From Octopus vulgaris (taxonomy: Eukaryota), in the NCBI GenBank assembly GCA_951406725.2, contig OX597829.1, positions 33,728,001 to 33,792,000 of the forward strand: a stretch of 64,000 nt of DNA. The letters are read 5' to 3'. Below the pieces are notes generated by a model. That model worked only from the letters and a program-made list of their open reading frames with translations, was not told where the DNA came from and did no database searches. Every line of letters begins with the position of its first letter. The first letter of the stretch is position 1. This document shows, in pieces, positions 15,688 to 29,102 of the stretch. The translations under genes were made by a program, and so were the position numbers.

Positions 15688-17016
15688 ACAGCAAATAAAG
15701 AAGATTGACAAGAAAACCCATAAGCTGCTAACTTGTAATAAGATGCACTACCCAAAGGCAGACGCAGATTGTCTTTACCTACCCAGAGCTCAAGGAGGTC
15801 GAGGCTTGATCCAATTTGGAATCTTCTACAAAACCACCACAATTGTACTGGTAAAATATCTTGAAACATCTAATGACTGGATGCTAAAGCTCATTGAAAA
15901 CCATGAAATACATAAGAAGCTACATTCTGTTAAGAAGGAAAAATATTTTTAAGTGAGTTTATGCATAATACCCAGGCTGAACAGCATGAGGGTAGTGTAG
16001 CAACTGTAGTTGCAAGGAAGGTGAAATCAATGGCAAAGCAAAATATGTTTGAACAATTGGCCGATAGGTGGGAACAGAAACCTCTGCATGACAAATATGT
16101 GGCCTATAGCAAACAAGCTGATGTAGACCAGAAGCACACCTATCAGTGGCTACAGAGCTCAGGGCTAAAGGCATAGAGTGAAGGTTTTATCTTGGCTGTC
16201 CAAGATCAGAGCTTATTGGCCCAGAACTATCAAGTCAATGTGATGAAAAATGGTGTAGACCCAAAGTACCAATACTGCAACGATGAGATTGAAACAGTGG
16301 ACCACCTAATCTCTGGATGTAAGGTTTTAGCACCTGAAGAGTACAAATCAAGACATGACAGAGTTGGCCAATATCTATACTGGATAATGTGTTGGCATTA
16401 TAAAATAAAAACTGCTGAAAAATGGTACAAGTACCATCCTGATGCTGTAACTGAGGGAGAAAATGTAATGATGCTATGGAGACTTCCCAGTATGTACAGA
16501 CCAGACCATCAAAGCAAACAGAGCAGATATTGTTGTGAAAGACCAAAACAATAAAGCCTGTTTATTGATTGACATGAGCATACCCTTTTTGGCAAAAGAA
16601 TTTGATAAGATTTGCACACTAAAATCAAAAAGATGTGGCATCTTAAGACAGTTACAATACCATTGGTTGTAAGAGCACTTGGAATGATAAAAAAAAGAAC
16701 TGAAAATTTTTTAAGAATGATCCCTGGCTTACATCCATACAGGAAGTGCAAAAGAGTGTCTTAACTAGTACACCATACATACTAAGAGCATTGTCACTGT
16801 AAATTTTCTCTCCTATTTTCCCCTTTTATTTTTTTTGTTTACTTTTTTATTTTTTCTCTCTGTCTTTCTTCCCCTTTCTTCTCTATCACATGACTTTGTA
16901 AATGGACAATTTGGTGTGTTTATTTTAATAGCCTACCAATGTATACAGTGTGATTTTCTGTCTTAGGTGTCAGGAAGACACTCAGCAAGAAATGGAAACA
17001 GAATTGAAAGAAGATG
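15688..17016 (+). mobile_element. R4/Dong-like 3' fragment (family E)
   Basis: MHYPKADADCLYLPRAQGGRGL, ETVDHLISGC, SRHDRVG, decayed RLE, pyrimidine-rich 3'UTR; TAA runs both sides. Confidence 0.85.
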
Positions 17017-17054
17017 ATAATGAAAAAATAATAATAATAATAATAATAATAATA

Positions 17055-17785
17055 AGAGTATCTCATCAAGAGTATCTCAACAGGCATGATAGAGCTGCAC
17101 AATATATTCACTGGGTAATCTGCAAAAACCTGGATTTGCCCCATGAAAAAAACTGGTGGGAACACAAACCACCTCCAGTGCTTGAAAATGACCACATCTC
17201 ACTCCTCTGGAACTTCCCCATTCAAACTAACAGAAAGATAGATGCAAATAGGCCAGACATCATATTGAAAGACTTCAAACAAAGAACATGCCTCCTCATT
17301 GATATGACTGTCCCAATCGATATAAACATATCTGTCAAGACCTACCAAAAACTGAGCAAATATAAAGATCTTGAAATAGAAATCAGCAAAATGTGGAACC
17401 TGAAGACTAAAACAATACCTGTTGTCATAGGTGCCCTGGGAATGATAGCAAAAGGGGCTGATCGCTACCTAACTCAGATACCAGGAAACCCCAAAATGGC
17501 AGAAATTCAAAAGATAGTGCTCATGGGAACTGCTCATATCCTATGCAAAATACTTTCTATGTAACCTCAAGTTTTAAAACAAACATAACTTTCGTTTTGT
17601 TTTTTTGTAAATTAAAAAAAAAAATTTTTTTTTTAGGCATTCACTAGTACAACACTAAATACAAAACCAAATATATGGCACACTAGGCATTACAACAATA
17701 CTAACTTCCAACCTGTTGCCTCTTGAGGTCTCTGGGTGAGACTTGGAGCCAACTTGTACAAATATAAAGCAAAAGTCAAACATAG
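17055..17785 (+). mobile_element. R4/Dong-like RLE domain with open frame (family F)
   Basis: ORF 16950-17564: NRHD, NRPDIILKD, LIDMTVP, KLSKYKDL, IPVVIGALG, no internal stop; a further 3'UTR-only copy at ~17985-18073. Confidence 0.9.
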
Positions 17786-18088
17786 AATAATAATAATAAT
17801 AATAATAACCTTTTACTATCATCTTAATATCACACTATCATCTTATAAACACATTTTACTGTCTTCTTAAGATCACACTGTCATCTTATAATCAAATTAC
17901 TCTTAAACAAACTTCAAATTTTCTTGTTTTAACAGACATTCTCTAGAACAATATTCTGCAAAACCCAAAATCCTAGTCATAACACCAACTTGAACTACTA
18001 ACTTGTTGTCTCTTGAGGTCTCTGGATGAGACTTCAAGTCAATTTGTACAAATACAAAGCAAAAGCCAAACATATGATGATGATGGTG

Positions 18089-18152
<64 letters not shown>

Positions 18153-18171
18153 TTATAATATTAATAATAAT

Positions 18172-18528
18172 GTTTTTGCAATAAAAAGGATATCTACATT
18201 TTCGAATATTCAGGGAGGAAGGAAAGGAAAGAAAACAAGGGTTAAATTTTCATAGAAAATTGTAGATATTAAAGTTTTAAATTTTCTAAAGATGATCATT
18301 TGTATGTCCAACCAGAGAAAACTGTAGTGTTCTTGAAATTGCAGCGCCAATTCAAAAATGTAAACATCCTTTTTATTACAAGAACACTACGGTTTTCCCA
18401 GGCCAGACATACAAATGATCATCTTTAGAAAAATTGAAACTTTAATATTTACAACTTTCTGTGAAAATTTTACCCTTCTTTTCTCTCTGATTACTCGAAT
18501 ATGTAAACATACCTTTTAATGAAACAAC
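18172..18528. repeat. Palindromic MITE-like element, ~160-bp imperfect arms
   Basis: ctaaagatgatcatttgtatgtc...gtagtgttcttg is mirrored by caagaacactac...gacatacaaatgatcatctttag. Confidence 0.75.
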
Positions 18529-19054
18529 AAATTAAAAGCATGATTAAAAATTAAGGAGATAAGCACCTGCCATTATGTACAAACTGCACAATTACAAAAA
18601 CTGTAAACCATAGCAAAACTTATAGAAAGAAAAAGAAAATTCAAAAAATCAAAAATAAACATTGAAATATTCAACAATGTAAACATCAGTATATATATAT
18701 TATTATTTTGACTATCAGTAATTAAAAACAGAATAAGGTGAATTGATTCTTTCTGAGGCCAAGGTCAATGCTCTCTTTGATCTATAGTAGTTGTAAACAC
18801 ATTTGACCTCTGCTGACCGCAAGTATGCGATGCTTCTTTTGTCTTATGATCGCACAGGAATGTGAAGTCCTATTGTTGATCTCCTCCTCACCATCTGCTG
18901 AACCTATTTACAGACTTATCGAATTTGATCTATTCAGTAAGCTGCTTCTCTTTCACCTCCAATCCCCTCCAACCCTCACATATTTATGATTATCTCGAAG
19001 ACAAAGGTCAAAACTAAACAACATATAACAATACCATGCAGTAGTAGGAGCAAA

Positions 19055-19443
19055 GATGGCATCTCAAGATGGTTACCAATACCAGTGATTGTAGGAGCAC
19101 TTGGAATGATCATAAAAGGAACTGAAAATTATTTAAGAATGATCCCTGGATTACTATCCATGCAGGAAGTGCAAATGATTGTATTAATTGGTGCATCACA
19201 TGTGTTGAGAAGATCATTATTGCTGTGAATTTTCTTTCCTTTTTTGCCCTTTATTTTCTTTGTTTACTTTTATATTTTTTATTTTTTCTGTCTTTCTTCC
19301 CCTTTTTTCTATAATATGACTTTGAAAACGAACAATCTGGTGTGTTTATTTTAATGGCCTACCAATGTATATAGTGAGTTTCTCTGCTCTAGGTATCAGG
19401 AAGACACCCAGCTAGAAATGGAAGTGGAATTGAAAGAAGATGA
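19055..19443 (+). mobile_element. R4/Dong-like 3' terminus (family E)
   Basis: IPVIVGALGMIIKGTENYLRMIPG plus a 3'UTR matching 16650-17016; ends in (TAA)n. Confidence 0.85.
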
Positions 19444-19444
19444 A

Positions 19445-19496
<52 letters not shown>

Positions 19497-20913
19497 TATG
19501 CTAAATAGAACTGGATGCGGATACAAATGTTACAGCAAAACAATCAGCCACCTTTTACATATGGATGACCTAAAACTATACGCTACAAATGACAAACAGC
19601 TGGAAACACTACTATAGACAGTACATGGATTTACCAAAGAAATAGATATGAAATATGGATTAGAAAAATGCGCCAAAGCAACCCTGAAAAGAGGAAAACA
19701 TCACACAAGATAAAGCCAATGAAATAAGAGAATTAGACCAAAGCCAGACATACAAATATTTAGGAATCCATGAACTAGATATGATACAACACACACAAAT
19801 GAAAGAGAAAATAAAGAAAGAATACTATAGATGAGTTAGATCAATACTAAAAACAAAACTCAATGCTAAAAACAAGATAATAGGTATTAACACTTTAGCC
19901 ATCCCAGTTATAAGTTACAGCTACAATATCCTTAACTGGACACTAAATGAACTAACCAAAACAGACAGGAAAACAAGAAAAATAATGACAGGATCTAGGA
20001 TGCACCACCCAAAATCTGACATAGAAAGGCTATATATATACAACGTATAGAAGGTGATAGAGACCTTATACAGCTGGAAAACAATTATAGAATAACCACC
20101 ATAGGACTGCAAAAATATCTACTTCAGAAGCAAGGAAAACTGATACAAATAGCCTCAAAACACGAGCAAAACAAAAAACTGTTCTCAGTATTTAAGGAAG
20201 TTGACAAATACAAACAAGAAATCATACTACCTAACAAATATGAAGAAGAAGAAACAACAAAAGCTATAAAACAAATGAAATCCAAACTAAAACTTGAACA
20301 GCAATGGACCATGATAAAATGATGGCAAGAAGAGAACCTTCATGGCAAATACTAGACTAAACTAAATGCAAAAGAAATAGACAGAGAAAAATCCCAGCAA
20401 TGGTTGAGAAGCTCAGGACTCAAAGCAGAGATGGAGGGATTTTTAATTGTAGCACAAGACCAAAGCCTCTCCATCAGAAATTACCAAAAACATATAATGA
20501 AAAGAAACATAACAAGTAACTACAGAATATGTAGAGATGGACAAGAAACAATAAATCATATTATCTCTGGCTGCCCAGTCCTGGCTAAGAAGGAATATAT
20601 TCACAGACACGTCAGAGTTGGGACCTACATACACTGGAAGCTATACCAACACTATGGAATAACAACAGAAAAAAGATGGTATAGGCACACACCAGAAAAG
20701 GTCACAGGAAACGAGAAAGCAACCATACTCTGGGATATGCCAATACACACAGATAGAGAAATTAAAGCCAATAGGCCAGATATAGTTGTTAGAGATCAAG
20801 AAGAAAAAAATGCTTTCTAATTGATATATCAATACCAGCAAATGACAACGTGTCTCTAAAAGAAATGGAGAAACTTTCAAAATACAAAAACCTGGAAATA
20901 GAGGTAACTCGAA
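19497..20913 (+). mobile_element. R4/Dong-like RT-to-RLE fragment
   Basis: MDDLKLYA catalytic motif near 19560, LNAKNKIIGINTLA, ETINHIISGC, ANRPDIVVRD; cut at 20913 by a minus-strand SINE tail. Confidence 0.85.
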
Positions 20914-20952
20914 TACTCTTTTACTCTTTTACTTGTTTCAGTCATTTGACTT

Positions 20953-22685
20953 TAGCAACTAGCACTTAGCCGAGGTAATAATAATAACAACCAGCACTTA
21001 GCCGAAGTAATGATCAGAAGAGGTATCTTCCAAGGACACTCTTGTTCACCTCTGTTATTTATTATAGCCTTGATCCCATTTTCTGTAGTCCTACGCAAAG
21101 CTAACGCGTTGGGTGATTTAAAACTGTTCGCAAAAACAGAACCTGAAATGGAGAGGCTGGCTGAGGCTGTGAAAATGTGCAGCAAGGATATAGGGATGGA
21201 ATTCGGTATCTTGAAGTGTGCGGTGCTTACTTTGAAGTGGGGGGGGGAGTAAATTGTAGGGGCATAGAATTGCCAAACGGAGAGAGAATGGAAGACCTGG
21301 ATGATGATGGGTACAAGTATCTTGGGATCCTGGAGCTGGACAATATCTTGCACAAAGAAATGAAAGGGTCATCACTGCATATTTCAAGCATATTTTCCAC
21401 TTGTGTCCTGAAATGGACACAAGCGGAGATTAACCAACTCGATCGCACTACCCAGAAGACAATAACAATTTATGGTGCCCTCCACCCTAAGATGAATGTA
21501 CACAGGCTCTGCATGAAGAGGGGTAAAGGTGGACATGAACTGATTTGCGGACAGGAGTGCATCAATAGTGAAAGAAGAACATGTCAGAATATTCGGTAAA
21601 CAGTAAACAGGATTTGCTACAGCATGCTGTTAATACAAAAGGTTTTAATGAAAGTGGACTTGAGAGTCCTCATGAATTCCGATCAAGGACAGCTAATGAG
21701 AGAGAAGAAACCCAACTCTGCATGGAACAACACGGTCAGTTCCACCGTGAAACCAAGATATTAAAAGACCAAGAAGCATCATGGAGGTGGCTTAACAAGG
21801 GTGACCTAAAAAAAGAATACTGAAAGCCTAATCATCGCAGCCCAGGACCAGGCATTGAATGCCAACTTCAGTGAAAATGAATATATACCAGACAAGTGCA
21901 ATGGACTGGACCTCTGACGAATGTGTAGGAAGAGGGTCGAATGCGTGACTCACATTGTTAGTACTTGTGAAAATTTTGTGCAGAAAATGTACAAGCATAG
22001 ACACAACAAGGTAGCCCAAAACTTCCAATGGCTACTATGCCGTAAATATGGATATGAGGTTACGGGTGCTTGGTACCAACATACATCGGAAAAGGTAATG
22101 GACGAAAAGAGGAAGACAAAAATCCTCTGGGACTTTGACTTTCAGACAGACAAGGTGACACTTGTTAATTGGTCATGCTTCAAGTACCCTGCGAAGAATT
22201 CTTGGGATTCCAAGCAATGCTGATTTTTGTAGATGTTCTACCTTCACACTTGCATCGATTTTTTTCAGCCATGTAGATATAGTAAGCTTTAGGAGGGGCA
22301 AACAAGAGTACGTAATAATTGATGTGGCTGTGCCAGGAGATCAACATGTCATCATGAAAGAAACAGAAAAGGTTGATAAATATGGAAACCTGAGAATTGA
22401 GATCACTAAGATGTGGCAGCTATGAGAGTCAAACATAAAGGTTATCCCTATTGTCATTGAAGCATTGGGTTTAATAACACCCAATCTAAAAAAACAACCG
22501 AAAACTTTAGAAATCCCCTACAATCTAGATGTATTGCAAAAGTCAGCATTACTTAGAACTGCACGCATATTGCATTAAGTACTGTCTGTCTGAGGTCCTT
22601 ATTGCGACTTGGCAAACTACAAATCCCGTTAGACACAATATCTTCAATCAACAACCTCACGATATTGTATATTGTGCGACGTCTA
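20953..22685 (+). mobile_element. R4/Dong-like RT-to-RLE fragment (family D) with an internal inverted insert at 22158-22275
   Basis: IRRGIFQGHSCSPLLF, YKYLGILE, CRKRVECVTHIVSTC, IIDVAVP; 3'UTR matches 15450-15542. Confidence 0.85.
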
Positions 22686-22869
22686 TAATAACAACAACAA
22701 CAACAACAACAACAATAATAAGCCCCAGCAGGGTTCTTGAAGCATGACCAGTTAACAAGTTTAACCTTAGTCTGTTGGCTGCGAACAGCTGACACTTTCC
22801 ATCGTACCCAGCAATATAAGTTGTGAGTTTTCATATAATAATAATAATAATAATAAATAATGGTACTAA

Positions 22870-23622
22870 TTACTTAAAAGACCAAGAAGTGAAAACCTTA
22901 TCATCACTGTCCAGGATCAGGCATTTCACAACTCAGTGAAAAGGGATATATACCACACAAGTGCAACAGACCTCTGCAGAATGTGTAGGGAAGAAGGTTG
23001 AAAGCATGACTCATATTGTTAGTGCATCTGAAAGTTTTCCACAGAAAGAGTATAAGAACAAACACGACAAGGTAACCTAAAACTTTCATTGCTACTATGC
23101 CGGAAGTATGATATGAAGTAACGGATGTTTGGTACCAATGGACGAAAATTGGAAGGCAAAGATCCTCTGGGACTTTAACTTCCAGACAGACAAGGTGTCA
23201 GAGCACCAAAGACCAGATTTAGTAACCTTTAGGAGCGACAAACAAGAGATCCTAATAATTAACGAAGCAATGCCAGGGGATCATCATATTATCATGAAAG
23301 AAAGAGAAAAGGTCACCAAATATGGAGACCTGAGGATTGAGATCGTCAAGATATGACAGCTGTGAGGGTCAAACATAAAATTTGTTTCTGTTGTCATTGG
23401 AGCATTGGGTTCAATATCATCAAACCTGAAGAAACATCAGGACACTTTAGAAATACCCTACAGTCTTGGTGTATTACAAAAATTGGTTTTACTACGAATT
23501 ACACTCATGCTGCGTAAAATACTATCTGAAGTCCTTGTTGTGACTTGACAGACAGTACAAACCCCTGGTATACACAATATCTTCAAACTACATCACAATA
23601 TCGGATACTGTGCGACGTCTTC
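22870..23622 (+). mobile_element. R4/Dong-like 3' fragment (family D, more decayed)
   Basis: KILWDFNFQTDKVSEHQRPDLV, KYGDLRIEI; 3'UTR similar to the other family D copies. Confidence 0.8.
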
Positions 23623-23841
23623 AATAACAATGGTTTCCATTTTTTACACAAGACCAGCAATTTCAGGTGGAGGAGGCTAGTTGGTTACACTGACCTCAGT
23701 TCAGCTGTTATTTATTTCATCAAAAGGATGAAAGGCAATGTCAACTTCAGCAGAATTTAAACTCAGAACATAAAAACAGATGAAATGCTACTAGGTGTTT
23801 TGCTTGGATTGCTAATGATTCTGTCAGCTCGCCACCTTTAC

Positions 23842-23872
<31 letters not shown>

Positions 23873-24239
23873 GACAATACAAAGAGCGTGATATGATTGC
23901 AGTAGATATTTTATTGGTTTGAACAATATTTTGACAGCTAGCCTGTCTTTGTCAAGTTCAAAATGATAAGTGATACATAGAAATTCAAATCCAAAATTTG
24001 AACGAGGGCAATCAGCATTCCACATTGATGAAATGACATCATCAGCTTTCAATTTTCAAATTTACAACTGGCAAAAAGAAAAAGAGGAAAAGAAACAAAA
24101 ACAGGAAAAAGAAGAAAATTATTTAATCAAACAGTTTTGTGCAGATATGAAATTCTCCTCTCATTTTATTTATCTCTCCAGGGCATGATGTTAATAACTC
24201 GCAAACATTTCTCCTCATGCATTTTGAGGACTGAAAGTG

Positions 24240-24645
24240 TAGTAGATTGAATCTTTTTCCAGTGGTGTTCTCTGTCTATTATTTTAACTTCATCCCACAG
24301 GAACTGGTGGTCTTCATTTTTCCATACATGAGCAGCTATACCCGATTTATCGATACCACCTCATGTCACAGCTTTGCGTTGTTCCTCTATCTTTATTTTG
24401 AGAGGGCAGCATGTTTCGCCTTTGTATAACCTACCACAGCTGCATGGGATGGAGTACACACAGTCTTTGGTTATATTCTCTTCCATTGGTGGTTTTACTC
24501 TAAGGAGATATTTGTGAAGTGTTGTATTACTCTTGAATACTGCCCTGATGTCATATGGGCCACATATTTTTTGTATCTTTTCAGAGAGGCCTTTCACATA
24601 GGGTAGATAGACTGTAGTCAGTTTATGGGTTTCATCCTCTCTTCT
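24240..24645 (-). mobile_element. Penelope/Poseidon-type PLE GIY-YIG fragment
   Basis: LPYVKGLSEKI...CVYSIPCSCGRLYKGET (GVVY-IPC-C-YIGET pattern). Confidence 0.85.
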
Positions 24646-24654
24646 CTTTATAAT

Positions 24655-26004
24655 TGGAGTGGACAGTATGTTTGGAATGGACGGGCTATAAGTACTTGGG
24701 GATTTTGGAAATGGATAAATTGATGGAGAAAGAAATGACAGGAAAATTTAAGGTAGAGTACTCGCGCAGACTGAGACTGATCCTTAAGTCAAAATTAAAC
24801 AGACGGAATGAGATTGATGCTATCAATACCAGGGCGGTTTCATTCCTTAGATGTGAAGCAGGGGTAATCACATGGACTGCAGACAAACTAAACAGCTTAG
24901 GCAGAAAGACAAGGAAGTTGCTAACTAGATATGGGATACTCCACCCAAAAAGTGACACAGACAGACTGTATGTACCAAGAAAAAGAGGGGGAAGAGGACT
25001 TATTGGATGCGAACACAGCATTAGAGCAGAAGGAAACAACATAGCATGGTATGTAAAAAATTCCACAGAACTGCTATTATTAGAGGTAGGAAGGTCAGGC
25101 TTGTGTAGGATGAAAGATTGCAAAAATAAAGCACTATACAAGAAATTGAAAACTATTGAAACTGAAAGTAAGTGAATAAAGAAAAGAATGCATGGCCAAT
25201 TTCATGGGGATGTTGAAGATAAGATAGACAGAGAAAAAAGATGGCTGTGGATGACTAAAAGTGATTTAAAACCAGAAACGGAGGCTCTAATCTGTGCTGC
25301 CCAAGACCAAGAACTAAGAACAAACTACATAAGATGCAGAATAGACAACACATCAGAAAGTGATAAGTGCAGAATCTGTGGACAAAATGGTGAAACCGTA
25401 TGGCATATTACCAGCCAATGTACACCACATGCTCAGAAGGAATATAAGAGAAGCTATGACAATATAGCAAGGCTTGTCCATTGGACACTTTGCAACAAGT
25501 ATGGACTTGACAGAGAAAAAATTGGTACAACCATAAACCCGAAGGCATCATGGAAAAGGATAATGCAAAGATCCTGTGGGATTTTATGATTCAGTGCGAC
25601 CATGAGATAGAGAATAGGAAGCCAGACATAATCTTAATTGAGAAAGAAAGCAAACTATGCTGGATCATAGATATAGCATGCCCAGTTGACAACAAGGTAT
25701 GCGATAAGGAAGAAAGAAAAGTCGAAAGATATGACAGGTTAGCTTGGGAGGTTAAGCAGTTGGGGTCGATGAAAAAGGTGGTAGTAGTACCAATAAATGT
25801 CGGAGCCCTGGGAACAGTGAGAAAAAATCTTGAGAAGTACATGGAAAAAAATAGGGGCTGCAATAAGGGTAGAGCACTTGTAGACAACAGCACTGCTTGG
25901 AACCGCTCGAAGGCGCTCAAAAAATAAGGGGTGTTACCTTAGTTCACAGATAGTGAACAGTTGACACTGTAGTACATCTCCAGCGTTAGAGGTTGTGTAA
26001 AGGC
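24655..26004 (+). mobile_element. R4/Dong-like 3' fragment (family A)
   Basis: YKYLGILE, LHPKSDTDRLYVPRKRGGRGL, CCHC knuckle, KPDII...DIACP; 3' ~830 bp collinear with 10968-11816; ends in (GAT)n/(TAA)n. Confidence 0.9.
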
Positions 26005-26008
26005 GATA

Positions 26009-26047
<39 letters not shown>

Positions 26048-26199
26048 CTGATGATGATGATGATGATGATGATAATAATTATAATAATCCACAAAACATG
26101 AAAATTTGGGGGAGGAGTATTGTCAATAACATCAACCCCATGGCACTTCTTTTATAGATCCTAAAAGGATGAAAGAAGAAGTACACCATGGCAGAATTT

Positions 26200-26530
26200 T
26201 AATAATAATAATTACAATATCAGAACTGTTTGATGGTGCAATTACAGAAATAATTAAATTGTCCTATTAACAATCAATGCCTACAAAAAAATTATTATAT
26301 ATAAATGCTCCAAATATACCAGTAACAAATCATATTACTATATTGATGCTGTTGCTTCTGAATTTAAATCTAAATGAAATAACCATCTATCTATGTTGTA
26401 AGAAAAACATACTTCTTTGACAACTTTAATCTGGGAATTGATTGGTAATAATATCAACTTTTCATTGTTTACTCCTCAACTCCTTATAAAGGTGGCCTAC
26501 TCATCGTTGCCTATTCATCTACTCTTTATA
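26200..26530 (+). mobile_element. Naiad-type PLE zinc knuckle + GIY-YIG portion
   Basis: WCNYRNN*NCPINNQCLQK...IYKC...YYYIDAVASEFKSK*NNHLS...TSLTTLIWEL, frameshifted. Confidence 0.75.
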
Positions 26531-27014
26531 AAGGGATATATATATATAATGGAGAAATTATACAAAATGTATAAATAGATGATGAGTAAAGCATCAGCAC
26601 AGTGTCGACTACTACCTGTTGTTATCCGTAGATTTATTGCAGGAACTTCGTAGTGGTGGTTGGGGTAACAGTATTAATAAAATAGATTGAATGTGTAATA
26701 GATTTTATTGGGTGCAACACATATTTCGACCTGTTCTGGGAGTCTTCTGATACATCAACTCACTAGAGATTTCCTGAGTCGGCTTACCGCTATATGTCCA
26801 TCAAATTCGAGAATGAGCAAAAACAGAGAAAAATTATTGAAACGCAAAAAATTCAAATGTGAATGTGAAAATTATACATTCTAGTTTAGAGAAAATGATG
26901 AAATAAGCCATCGCTGTTGTAACTGTTGAGAGAAAGAAAAGGAAGTAGAAGTTGAAAGGAAGATAATACTTAGACGAAAATTTTTTGGTGTTCGTGCTTA
27001 GACGCACATATACA

Positions 27015-27175
27015 TCATCATCCTCATCATCATCGTTTAACGTCCGTTCTCCATGCTAGCATGGGTTGGACGTTCGACCGGGGATCTGGGAAGCCAGAAG
27101 GCTGCACCAAGCTCCGGTCTTATCTGGCAATGTTTCTACAGCTGGATGCCCTTCCTAACACCAACCACTCTGTGA
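27015..27175 (-). mobile_element. RTE LINE 3' tail fragment
   Basis: catcatcgtttaacgtccg...ctacagctggatgcccttcc as at 1236 and 46745; other copies near 31750-31955, 35690-35945, 51600-51840, 53310-53630, 61410-61620. Confidence 0.75.
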
Positions 27176-27217
<42 letters not shown>

Positions 27218-27499
27218 GCATATATATACATATATGCTCACACACACACACACACACACATATACATATACACACATACATACATCATACACATATATGC
27301 ATATACACACACATATATATGCATACATACACACATACATACATACATACATACATACATCCATCCATACATACATACATACACACACCCACACACCCAC
27401 CCATCCATCCATCCATACATACATACATATATATATATATACACATATGGATCTAGATTGCAAAATCATATGTCAAGTGCAAGTTATTCAAATATAGTT

Positions 27500-28230
27500 C
27501 CTCAAGTTCATGTGTATTAAGAGTTGTGGGCGTCATGTATACATTGTAATATGTGAATATGTGCTTAGCTGTGTGTAGGCATCTGGGTAATTGTTCAGTG
27601 AATTTATTTATAATGCGCTCCTTTGTTAACATTATCGAGAGTGACTCCTCGGAGCATAACTGCCATTTGCAGGATATATTGTTGTAGGAACTCGCGTGTC
27701 TAAGTAAGGACGATGTAAGTTCGTATTTTGTCTTTGCTTCTTTAAGCCTCCAGATAAAATCGGCCAGTGATGTTATAAGTCATTTAAGGATATTTCGAAA
27801 GCTGGCAATGTTGGTGCGGTATCGATTTTTGAAAAAATCAGCCGATGCCCCGATATATACGTAAGGGCATCCTCTAGTATTTATAGTGCACTTGTATACC
27901 ATGTTCTTAGTCATACATTGGTTATCCAAATGGCAATTGGATCTACCTCTGCATGAGCATAACTGTTTGATTTTGTTGGCTTGTGTACATCGAGCGCTAG
28001 AGGGATTGGTTCTGTTCGGTATGTTGGTTGTCACCTCAATTTGTGGTTGTTAATCTTTTGAATATGATGCTCTAAGTTTGATGAATTTGTATATGATAGT
28101 TTTAGAGTATGTCGGTTGAATATTTTGCTGTACACTACATTTTTAGGGAAGCAGCGATCAAGTGCGGTGAAAAATTGTTTCACGATCTTAGATGAGATAT
28201 TGGAGATCCAGACTGGGTTATATCAAAGGC
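27500..28230 (-). mobile_element. Naiad-type PLE GIY-YIG 3' fragment
   Basis: CSCRGRSNCHLDNQC (C-x-C-x5-C-x5-C), MVYKC...YVYIGAS...FKNRY. Confidence 0.85.
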
Positions 28231-28284
28231 CATCAATAGATTGGATATATTATCCAAAATATATAGTATTATATATCCATCACA

Positions 28285-28373
28285 ACCGATCTTACCAATT
28301 CGTTTTTCGCAAGGAACAATGAAGTATTAGGTAAAAATCTGATTGTATAATCTTATGCTCATCAGAGTTAGCC
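28285..28373 (-). ncRNA. Type I hammerhead ribozyme motif, degenerate (minus pLTR)
   Basis: Minus: gctaact CTGATGA gca...tgc GAAA aacgaattgg TA agatcgg. Confidence 0.5.
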
Positions 28374-29012
28374 AATATGGAAAGAAATATGGCGACTACT
28401 TTCTATTGTTGGAGGTGGATTAACACAACCTATCAGCGGCTGCTGTGGAAAAGGTTGGTGAAACGAAAAAAAGCCAGGGTATTAGGTTAGGAGTTATGCC
28501 CCTTGGTTGCGTATGCTGTGCGGCCGGAGTGTTATCTCAAAGCGTTTGTGTGGGAAGTGCGCATTATTAAGTGTGACGCTCCCGTGGGGATGGGGTGTGT
28601 GGTATGTGTAGTGGTGTCATATACATAGACCCTCTCCCGCACACAAATTACACACCGTACACTAACATAACCCACACACACATGCACACCTTATCTTTTA
28701 TTGAAAGAAAATGGATCAACGAACACAGCCACGTTTACCTACAACCCTGGAAAAAATTATGCACATGACACCACAACACATATCACACACCCAATCCCCA
28801 AATCCCCACAGGAGTGCCACATTTAATAATGCACACAAACACTTTAAGATAACACTTACCGGCCTCACAGCATACCCAACCAAAGAGCATGACTCCTAAC
28901 CTAATACCCTGGCCCTTTTTCATTTCACTACCCTTTTCCACAGCAGCCATTGACAGGTTGTGTTAATCTACCACCGACAATAGAAATCAGTCACCATATT
29001 CCCTTTCATATT

Positions 29013-29102
29013 GGCTAACTCTGATGAGCATAACTTTATATAACCGGATTATTGCCTAATAGTCCACTGTTCCTTGCACGAAACCGATTGGTAAGATCAG
29101 CT
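29013..29102 (+). ncRNA. Type I hammerhead ribozyme motif (plus pLTR)
   Basis: gctaact CTGATGA gca...tgcac GAAA cc-gatt-gg TA agatcagc; GUA triplet, predicted cut after 29093; stems I and II imperfect. Confidence 0.6.
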
